A stretch of 60,269 nt of DNA, counting the filler, from Porpidia crustulata (taxonomy: Eukaryota), in the NCBI GenBank assembly GCA_964255105.1. It is 12 parts of 12 records of this genome, joined end to end, with 100 filler letters (N's around TTAATTAATTAA, not from the genome) between each part and the next. Parts side by side here need not be neighbours in the genome. Positions count along the whole stretch, not along the records: positions 50,328 to 55,248 come from CAXUWE010001965.1; positions 55,349 to 60,269 come from CAXUWE010001966.1; 10 more parts are not named here. The stretch is one strand, 5' to 3'. Below, piece by piece: positions 50,971 through 60,269 of the stretch. Position 1 is the stretch's first letter. Every line of letters starts with the position of its first letter. The notes under the pieces are model-generated. The model worked only from the letters and a program-made list of their open reading frames with translations, was not told the origin of the DNA and did no database searches. Made by a program: the position numbers and the translations under genes.

Positions 50971-53013
50971 CTATACCTGCCCCATCGTGACCATCTTCTT
51001 CCGCAGGTAATTCTTGTAGCCGCCGATTGTGCCGTCCCATCGTCGGATCGTCTTGTTTTCGCAGACCATGATGTCTTTGGCGATTTTGTCGAGGAGTCTA
51101 CATGGCCATTTGTTAGCATCTATATCTAGCATCTGCATTTCCAGGTCACAGTATCCGAACGGAGGGACTTTGCTTACCTGAAGTCGTGAGAAACGACCAC
51201 CACGCCCCCGCTGAACGCGTTGATGGCATCGGCTAAGGAGTCGATGGTAGGGATGTCAAGACCGTTGGTCGGTTCGTCCAGAAGCAGCATATTAGGTCCA
51301 TCAATGGCAAGCAGCGCAAACACGATCCTCGATTTCTGGCCCTCGGACAATGTGCCCATCAGTGCCGTCTGCGACTCCCCAGATAGCCCATACCGTCCCA
51401 GCTGCTGCCGCCAATACTGGTAGTCCTGGTTCTTATCCGAGTACTTGTCGCGCACGAAATCGAGTGCTGATTTAGTGAGATCGAGCTGTTCGGCAGAATG
51501 TTGGCTGTAAACTCCGAGTTTCAGATGCGTATGTCGGCTCACTACGCCACCTGTTGGCGAGAGCTTGCCCGTCATGAGGCGGAGGAGAGTGGATTTGCCC
51601 ACACCGTTGGGGCCTACGAGTGCGGTTCGGGAGTCCATGTCGACACCTAGATCGAGATGCTCGTAGAGATTATCTTTGGCTTTGCCGCTGTAGCTGAATG
51701 TAACGTCGTCGAAAGAAAGAACAGGAGGGGGTAGCTTCTCGACGTCGGCGAAGCGGAAAGTGAAGACACGGTCTTCGGCTACTTTCTGTATAAAACCGTC
51801 GGCTTCCATTTTGTCGAGGATCTTTTGGCGGGATTTTGCTTGGCGGACTAGATTGGCGTAGGTACCGGCTGAAGCGATGAATTTCTTGATGTGTGAGATT
51901 TCTTCTTGCTGCTTCGCATATGCTTTCATTTGGTTGGTTTCCTGCTCGCCTCGGGTTTTGATGTAGGAGTCGTAATTTCCACCGTAGTAGATGAGCTGGC
52001 GCATACGCATGTCAATCATGTTTGTGCATACACCATTGATAAAGTCCATGCTGTGGGAGACAAGAATTAGTGTGCGATCCCATTTCTTAAGATACTCTTC
52101 CAGCCAGACACAGGCCTCCAAGTCTAGATGGGCGGTGGGATCGTCGAGGAGTAGGAGGGAGGGTTTAACGAAAAGGGCTTTGGCGAGGGCAACGCGCATT
52201 CGCCAGCCTCCAGACATGTCTTTCGTCTGCTTATGGATAGTTTGTTTGTTGAAGCCAAGACCAGTCAGAATAAGAGAAGCGCGGGTTTGAAAGGTTGAGG
52301 GGTCCATGGTTTCCATACGCTGGGTTTATCAGCATCTGTCTCTACATGGGATCAAGAAATCAAAGTACCTCGTATAGATCTTCCAAGACCGGATCGTCAG
52401 GACCATTCTTCTCCAGTATCTCCTCGGCCAACTTATCTAACCTTTCCATCTCGTTTTCTGCTTCTCGAACAACCCATTCGAGCGCACCGAGATCACTGGG
52501 AGGAGCTCCCTCGTTCAGCAGGTATATGTCGACATGTTCAGGGATGGGATATTCTCGCTTGTCTATTGCTTTGAGCAGCGTAGATTTTCCACATCCGTTC
52601 TCTCCTAGTAAACCATATCTTCGACTGTAGTTTAGCTCGAGCATAGTATCTGTTATTAGAACTTTGCCGTGAAACACGAGAGATACGGAATTGATTTTGA
52701 CGTCTCGGCTGGCAGCCAAAGAGGCTAGTACACCAGTTGTTACTCTGTCGGATAGGCCGTGCTTATCCATCTGCTCTGTAAGTTTCTTGACCGTCGACAT
52801 TTTCTCATCAGTGGTGGCGGGTTGCTCTTCATCTGGCAGAGCATTTCCATCGCCGTCAAGTAGCGGTGGTGTCTCATCACCGTTTATGGAAGACGCCGAA
52901 GACCCATTCTTCGACGTTGCTTTTGACGACAATTTTGATGCTGCTGTCTTTTTCTTATCCCCAGTTTTCTCCGCGCGCTTAGCCTGGCGTGCGGCCTTTG
53001 ATGAGGAAATCAT
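50971..53013 (-). CDS. ARB1: ABC-F ATPase Arb1/ABCF2 (3 exons)
   Basis: Two NBDs and no [86 protein letters not shown]. Confidence 0.95.
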
Positions 53014-53936
53014 TGTGGTAGATGTGTGTCGAGGTTCTTCGAGGGTGTGGTATAATTTCGACTGTCGTTGATGGTAGTGGGGCTTATCGATTGGCGTCAA
53101 GTGTTTTTCACCACCAATATGACGTTGGTGCTGTGGCTAAGTGCTCAAAAATTTGCAGCGTATTCGAGCGTCGAGCCTGATTTAGAGTTGGATACCGTGT
53201 CTAAAATACCACTCATACGGCGAGGATCAAAAAACGCTCTGCAATTCGAAAGCCACTGTTTGTGGGTGATTCATACAAAACTTTCTGTGCTCTCTGGACC
53301 CTTCAGTGTAGGCTAAGCCCACAATAGCTACTATAAAGGCTAACTGTATATGGTAAGGACTAGTCCTATACATGTAGCTTCGCAGTTCTCGCTCCTACGA
53401 ACTTCAAGTCATCGTCGTTGAATATCAGAAACACGACCACCGTCAATACGATGACCCAGTCGTCCATTGCTGCTTCCCCGACAGGTAATTTCTGACGGCT
53501 AGACGATCTTGTATGAATGACAAGATCGGCTCCTGCTCCGCGGTTGAGCGAGCTGACTAAGTCTCCTCCTTCAACCGTCCAATCCCGTTTTGGGTTTCCA
53601 TGTGTCATGCCTTCCCTTCATTTGGTGAACATCTCGAGGGATTCCGTCATATACCCTCCTGATTCACGACAAATAGATAGTTGTGAGTTACGAACAGTTT
53701 CCCGTGACCTAGGAGTGCGTCCGGTATTGCGGAGACACCGACGATTTGTACTGTCTCGAAGTGAAAATGCGTCTCTGAAGTATTCCGTGATTGGGTACAC
53801 GGCATTTTCATTATGCAATTGGCGCCATCGTCACTTTCTGCTTATAATTCATGTCTCCTTCGCACCTTCGGTTCTTGGTTTCTCCTGTTATGTCTTGTTG
53901 TAGCTGTCAAGGCTGCCAACATTCAAAGTCGACGGT

Positions 53937-54947
53937 ATGCCTATCCTAGAGGCTTCCGGATTCGACTTTGACATCGATGCCTATCTTAATCGTTTCATCC
54001 CTCGAAATCGTGTACAGCATTTGCCGCGTTGTATTTCCCACTTCTTGGGCTATCGGGCAAAACCATACCAAGAGCCTGGCAATGTTTTCATTGCATTATG
54101 GTCGCTCATTGGTGCCTTTGTCGGCATCTCCGCTGTGGAATGGACGTTCAAAGTACCATTGATCGCCAGCCATGGAGTGCCTACGATTATAGCGAGCTCG
54201 GTACAGATCGCTTGGACTAGTTGAGAAAAAGAAGTATGCTGATTTCTTCAGGGTGCTGCAGCGATTTTGGAATACAGCATGATCCAATCACCAGCGGCAC
54301 AACCTCGGAGTTCGATAATTGGACACTTGCAATCGGCCATCATAGGTGTTGGGATTCAGAAACTGTTCAGCATGAGCGGCGAACCCGAGAACCTCCGCTT
54401 GCTCGTTGCAGCTCTGTCTGTTGGCTTGGCATCTGCCTCTATGGTCTTGACCAAAACCGTATACCCTCCTGGTGGCGCCACTGCACTCCTTGCAGTAGTG
54501 GATCCTGCAGTACAACACCTTGGCTGGTATCTGGTGGCTCTGGTCATGCTGAGTACAACCTTGACGCTCCTGTCGTCCCTGGTGGTGAACAACATCCAGC
54601 GCCAGTATCCGATTTACTGGTGGACAGCCGCCGATGTCAGTAAGACGAAGAGAAACAAAGACATTGAGAAATCAATAGAAACCAGCAAAGCCTCGTTAGA
54701 TCGTCAACCCAAGCATCTGAGAGCCGGAAGTAACCATACCATCCAAATCACAGAGCGCGGAATCATTCTTCCTCAGCACATGGAACTGTCTGCCGAAGAA
54801 AAAGCCCTTCTGCAGAAATTAAAACAGCGACTCGCGGTTGGCATTCCCACAGCTCCCACAGCTACACTTCGGTCGTACAGCACGGCCCAGCTAAGAGCAG
54901 AGGACGAAAAGAGAATGGAACGCATCAAATCGGAAGTGAGCATCTAG
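53937..54947 (+). CDS. HPP-family integral membrane protein; intron at about 54201-54252
   Basis: IIASS|GAAAILEY..SPAAQPR..IGH, TKTVYPPGGATAL, LVVNNIQRQYPIYWW. Confidence 0.88.
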
Positions 54948-55436
54948 CCTTGAGTAAAGGGGGACGCGACGTTTCAGATGGAGGTTTTTTTTCCCATCAA
55001 ATCTGAGCTCTCAAATCTAGCTTCATTCAATCCATAGTCAAACATCAATCTAATGAGCTTTCTGTCCCAAAATCGCAATCACCATTGCTCACGATGAAAA
55101 ACACCAGCCAGCGCGTAATCGACGCATCCGATTTTTCTCAACCTGCTATCCAGATAATTCAAATTTGTGAACCAAACCCCTGATCCTGAAATTCTGCTTT
55201 CATTGCATCAACTCCGAAACCCCATATCCACCCATAAACCCATCCAACNNNNNNNNNNNNNNNNNNNNNNNNNNNNNNNNNNNNNNNNNNNNTTAATTAA
55301 TTAANNNNNNNNNNNNNNNNNNNNNNNNNNNNNNNNNNNNNNNNNNNNATCGTGTTGTGTGAGAGGGCTTTGTAGTCTACACTACACACTGTATAAATGG
55401 CTTCAAGAAAAAAAACAACCGAGGCCGAATAATCAT

Positions 55437-55949
55437 CTAGGGGAAAAGATCTTTCGCCCTGTCAGACAGACTATGCATCTCAAAAACCATGCCGGACGAT
55501 GGATCACCAAGGAGCCTGAGTGTTTCCTCGTGCTTTGAAAAATATTGTACCCCGCGGGCAGGCAGACCATCTCTCTCAAAATGCATGAGATCGGATTCGG
55601 TAAGGTTCTCCCAGCTTGCCATGTTTGCGAATGCGGCGTTCGGTCTCCTGCATATGTGCCCGATGATGAGCTTTTCAGCTTTGATCCGGGCCAGGTTCCC
55701 TTCGAGAGGGTCGCCACGTCTTGACGTCCACATGACCTTCTTTCATAGATCCCCGTAATTGAGGATGAACGGCTGGAGAGATTGGATGAGCGCATCTGGG
55801 ACCTGAAGGGAAAGGAGAGCGATCTGGGATAATCTGGATCGTTTTTTGATGAATTGGGCATGGATGTCTGCAACTTCCCGGTCGGGAGCCGTGTATAGCA
55901 TCGTTGCAGGGGTAAAGTTCGGGGCGTAGCCTCCTACAACCTTCCTCAT
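55437..55949 (-). pseudogene. Probable pseudogene or fragment: two same-frame ORFs split by one TGA (55743-55745)
   Basis: ...FILNYGDL*KKVMWTSRRG... is read in a single frame. The 5' side borders AT-rich degenerate sequence. Family not recognised. Confidence 0.5.
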
Positions 55950-56302
55950 GGAGCCATCTTGATTCGTAGCATTTCAAAATGGAAGTTCAAAGCAGGTATA
56001 GCGTCTGATATCTAATATATGTTTGTATCTCATATGTATTATGAAGAAGTTTCAAGTCAGTCTTTTCGTTGTATACTCACATTGAACAACACCGAGAGGG
56101 TCTGCATGTACTGCAGCACGGATCGTGCAAATGGAAGTAATCAAAATCGAAAATTGAAATTTAGGAAATTTAAAATCTGAAGAATCAAATGTTAACGATG
56201 TTAAAGAGAGTGTGTAGATAGACGTTCACAGTAATTTTAAGATTTCATTGTCTTGATTTCTTTCCGTAATTGTTTTTTACGCGCATTTCTGGATAAATCG
56301 AT

Positions 56303-56395
56303 GGATGGAGTGCTGGACGGAGCGCTGAATGAAGTGCTGAACGGAGCGCTGGATGTATGGAGCGCTGGATAAAGCACCGGATGGAACGCTGGATG
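56303..56395. repeat. Degenerate 12-bp tandem repeat (consensus GGAYGGAGCGCT), about 7 copies
   Basis: ggatggagtgct ggacggagcgct gaatgaagtgct gaacggagcgct ... ggataaagcacc ggatggaacgct. The variants are almost all transitions. Confidence 0.8.
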
Positions 56396-56701
56396 CGGCT
56401 TTAGATGGATGCAGCACTGATAGGGGCGCTGAAAGAAATCGAGATAATGTCATTTTCAGATCAATATGACTATTTCTATATAAGCTCCTTTCATAATCGT
56501 TGATAGATCAAAAAATAGATCATGGATACTGAAATATCTTATGATATGCTGCTGATATTGGTGGATGGTGGATGAGGGTGCGCGATTTGCGGTTTTTCGA
56601 TGTGGACTGCCGTACGCATCCATAATCTAGGTAGCAATAGCAAGAATGAGCTTTATGGAATATAGAACCATCGCAACAATACCACGAAGGAAGTCTGAAT
56701 T

Positions 56702-59175
56702 ATGGCTGTAGAAAACCTCAACTCCAAAGCTCTCAGGCATTGGAAAGATGCTTTTCAATATCCTATCATTACTATGCAAAGCCTAGAACAGCAACTTCAC
56801 AATGATATCGACTTAAATAAAGAGAAGCTGAGGACACTGGTTGGGTGCGAGCTCCAGACATCTTCTTGAGTCCTCAAAATACTTTTAACGAAAAGACATT
56901 TGACTAACAGTTGTACGAACGGATAGAGCAAGTTATCGAGACCTACTTGGAACGGCAGAATCGATTGTTAAGATGGACGAACACATGCACCAGGTTGAAG
57001 CGTACATAGGGGACATGGGCCAAAAGTGTAACACCAGGCTACTGGAAAAGAAAGGGACTAATTTGAGGGCTTGGAAGAAGGGGATTGGAGCTGCAGGTGC
57101 TTACCTTCCATGGCACACCCGATAGTCCGGGGTTTGACTTACGAGGTATCGGGGCAGATAGTGAGCGACATGCATTGACTTCGCAGCTCGCTGTGTTCCG
57201 CAGCTGCCCTGAGGTCATGTCAAGGCTGTTGAAGAACAGGTCATCCGTACTACTTGCTGCGAGGGTACTGGTGATTTCAAGGCTACTTCATATCAAGATG
57301 TCACAGCATTCAACGTCTCCCCCCTACTTGGAGAGTCTTAAGAATCGAATGACGACGCTTCGTCACAAATTATTGGTTAGGATTGATGAAAGCTTTAAGA
57401 TCCCTGAGATCTCAGGTGATGAGCTGGTGGAGGCCATGTGTGCTTTCTCCCTCGCCACCAGCTCCTCGCCGACAGACGTTCTTCGTCACTTCCACCACAT
57501 GCGGCGAGAGGCCACGTTTGAGTACATTCGTAAGAGCAGCTTTGGCCATTCAGGAATTACTTCCGCCTTACAGCTTTACGTAAAGACCGTCAAGGATTCA
57601 CAAGCATTAGTGCCTGTACAGTTGGCTCGCGCTCTAGAGCGGCTCAAATCAGTCCCCTTATTCGAGAACTCAGATCTATTTTCGCTGATAGAGCTTAATC
57701 TCGAGATGCATGAGAAATGGATTGGCGATGACATCAAGACGTTCACACCCTACATACGGCAGGATGATTTACAAAGGTCTGTAGCCGAGAGTTTACTGAG
57801 GTCATGGTCTAAACAAGCCTTTGCGGGCCTTCTATATCATTTGAAGGACCGTATAGAAGAGATTGATGAGCCTTCAATTATTGTGCAATTACGAAGGCAG
57901 ACCATCGAAATCTGGTTCTCAAATAGCTGGCACTCATCTGGCATCGATCCGAACGAGGCACTTGATAGCTTCCGAGATGTTTTCAATGGTCAACTTATAT
58001 GGCTTGTCCAAAGTCGAGTTTCTTCACTGGCCGGAATCACGTCAGCTATCAAGTCAGCCTTGGATAACCTCACAATTAACGCCGGTGATCGGGACCTGTC
58101 TTTGTGGGCTACATCTATGGTCTCCATGGACATTTCCAGAGGAGCAGATTCCTTCCGAGACACCCTCTTGACCACAATCAAAGGCCAAAACTCCATTTTG
58201 AAAAAGATAGCAGCACAGTATGACGAATGGCTCGCCCGTATCTCAGCCATAGAAGCTACAATTAAAATCCTCCAGTCAGAAGTCTGGGATATCGACCTAG
58301 ACGACACTGATGATGGTGATGGTGATTCATCAAAGCAAAGCCTGCTTAGCTCAGATGACCCAGCTGCCATTCAGACAGAATTATCGAAATCCCTCAGATC
58401 ATCTTTTAGCTCGCTAGAGACCTCGCTCGAAGCTTTACTCTCAACTACCGATGAACACAACTACGGCTATGTGTCTACCTACCTACTCCGTATTTCGAAA
58501 GAACTACGTGAGAACCTCCCCTCTAGTTGCGAGGACGTTGAATTCGGCCTTCGCTTACTTCCAAAATTGCACAAGATACTGGCGAATGCTGCCCTTGATA
58601 GTCCTTGGCAGAAATGCCGAAGACGCATGCAAACCGTGAACGTTGCCGGAAGGCAGCTCTGGGAAGGGAATCCAGAATTACCCGTTCTACCATCACCATG
58701 GGCGTTTCGATTCTTGAAGGACTTATCTTCATCAATGTCGGATTTTGGGACTGATGTTTGGAGTCCGTCAGCTGTAGAGGTGCTCAAGGGAAGCCTTTGC
58801 GGAAATCTAGCGTTAGAGACCAACCGACCATTTGGAACCCCTCCAGTAATCAATGGGCACTCTACTGATGAGATAAATGGGAATGTTGATGGAAACAAAA
58901 TAACGAACGGCGTCTCGTCCCCCACATCCCAGGTTGCACCTTCAACCTCCCGAGACTTCAGTATCCAACGCCTCTTCGACAGTCTCTATGTCATGCACGC
59001 GGCAGCGCCGAAAGAATCTCGCGATAGCAAGGAAACCCGGACCGACGACTTTGATATTCAGGTAGCAGGGATAAGAGAGGCTGCTCGGGTGGATAAGGGA
59101 TACGTTGAGAGGATAGAACGAGGCGCAGAAGAGTATTGGAAACGGACGGCATTATTATTTGGGCTATTAGACTAG
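56702..59175 (+). CDS. COG1: Conserved oligomeric Golgi complex subunit 1 (N-terminal Vps51/Vps67-like domain; 3 exons)
   Basis: WKDAFQYP..EKLRTLVG|ASYRDLLGTAESIVKMD, AFSLATSSSPTDVLRHFHH, LWEGNPELPVLPSP, G.DVWS, EYWKRTALLFGLL. Confidence 0.85.
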
Positions 59176-59570
59176 AGGGTCAATAATGTCGACTAGATAG
59201 TCCATTCAATCTATAGCGACCGTGCCAAATCTGAGCCTGAGACGTATCCAAGATCAGTCCAGAAATCGATTATGAGTTTAGCGTTTCGTAAGTATAGAGT
59301 TAACAGTGTTTGCATTCTCAATGGTCCTGCAGGGCTGTTTTTTTTTTTACGTCAAGTAGTAATCTTGTATTTTGGACATTTGTTTGTATTGGGGAAATCC
59401 AGCTGTAGATAAAACATAAGGAGAAACCGCAGACTGGCATTACGGTTATCAAAGCACGTGCTTGGATCACGGTTCCTTTTGCGCAACGGCAGCCGAAACC
59501 AGGGTCCAAAGATTATCATCCGACCTTTACCAAAGGCTGCTCCGAGACTGCAATTGTGCAACAAGCCAAC

Positions 59571-60269
59571 ATGTCGATACCACGCCTAACATTCTTGTAC
59601 CCCTATCTATTCAAGCCAGCAAGATTGTACGAACCAGCCTTAGCTCAGCGGCCCTTACGCGCTGTCCGCAAGCGTCCGCAAAAGCAGTGCTTCAGCACTA
59701 CTTGTCGGCGTACAGAAGAAACTTACGCCCAGCGATATGGCACCGCTGCGGAACCATTACCACCTCCACTGGTGCCCAACGATCTGGGCCGACAGAGAGC
59801 GCTGGATAGCATTGAAAAAGAAGTTATCGCGCCGGCCCCTCGAAGCGAGGAGGAGAAGGCGGGGCCCGAGAAACTCGCGCAACAAGACAGTCCAGGCCCT
59901 AAGGAGGGGCCCGAGACCAAAGAGAACTCACAGCCCTCTGAGCTTGATGCCATTGAAGCCAAAGCGCAAGAACTCGCCAACTCCCCGCGAAGAGAAGCAG
60001 TGAGCAAACCTCTCGACAGGGTCCTTCAGATCGAAACCCCGACCGAGTCCAGAAGTGAGGGGAACCAAAAGCCTCCTCACCTCGAAGCACCTCGCTACGT
60101 CCATCATTTCGACACCTTCACCTTGGTCCGCGACCTGGCAAACGCCGGGTTCTCGGAACCCCAAAGCGTCACCCTCATGAAAGCCGTCCGGGGCCTACTG
60201 GCCGTGAACATGGAAGTAGCTCGCGCGGGCCTCGTCTCAAAATCCGACGTCGAAAACGTACCTTCTCCC
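59571..60269 (+). CDS. Mitochondrial DUF1640/CCDC90 (Fmp32/Put7/MCUR1-like) protein, runs off the window end
   Basis: MSIPRLTFLYP presequence, AQRYGTAAEP, KPPHLEAPRYVHHFDTFTLVRDL..GF...Q..TLMKAVRGLL..N..VSKSDVEN. Confidence 0.8.
   Translation, partial: MSIPRLTFLYPYLFKPARLYEPALAQRPLRAVRKRPQKQCFSTTCRRTEETYAQRYGTAAEPLPPPLVPNDLGRQRALDSIEKEVIAPAPRSEEEKAGPEKLAQQDSPGPKEGPETKENSQPSELDAIEAKAQELANSPRREAVSKPLDRVLQIETPTESRSEGNQKPPHLEAPRYVHHFDTFTLVRDLANAGFSEPQSVTLMKAVRGLLAVNMEVARAGLVSKSDVENVPSP

Noticed and set aside
4946..55348. Regularly spaced TTAATTAATTAA motifs as a biological repeat or CRISPR-like array
   Set aside because: They are embedded in fixed 44-N runs and form a six-frame-stop assembly linker.

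Overview
Eukaryotic DNA from a filamentous ascomycete (Pezizomycotina): short GT-AG introns with CTRAC branch points and typical fungal housekeeping genes. The window is not one locus. It is 12 contigs of 4.92-4.95 kb, in non-increasing length order, joined by an artificial 100-nt linker (44 N + TTAATTAATTAA + 44 N), so genes on either side of a linker are not biological neighbours. Recognisable genes: MAD2, GUF1, an Sfl1-type HSF factor, an XPT1/HPT1 5' fragment, FBP26-type PFK2/FBPase2, RTF1, an IFRD-domain protein, SEC27 (partial), TBF1, TAF10 (partial), ARB1/ABCF2, an HPP-family protein, COG1 and a DUF1640/CCDC90 protein (partial). Accessory genes: an SDR, an Mx-like dynamin GTPase, a SesB-like lipase-NACHT NLR, a protein with three C6 zinc-cluster-like motifs, and several orphans. 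The most unusual item is on contig 1: an AurJ-like O-methyltransferase fused in frame, within one exon, to the last ~10 TM helices of a 14-TM DHA2 MFS efflux pump, giving one spliced ORF of about 781 aa. All family assignments come from motif recognition by eye; no database searches were run.
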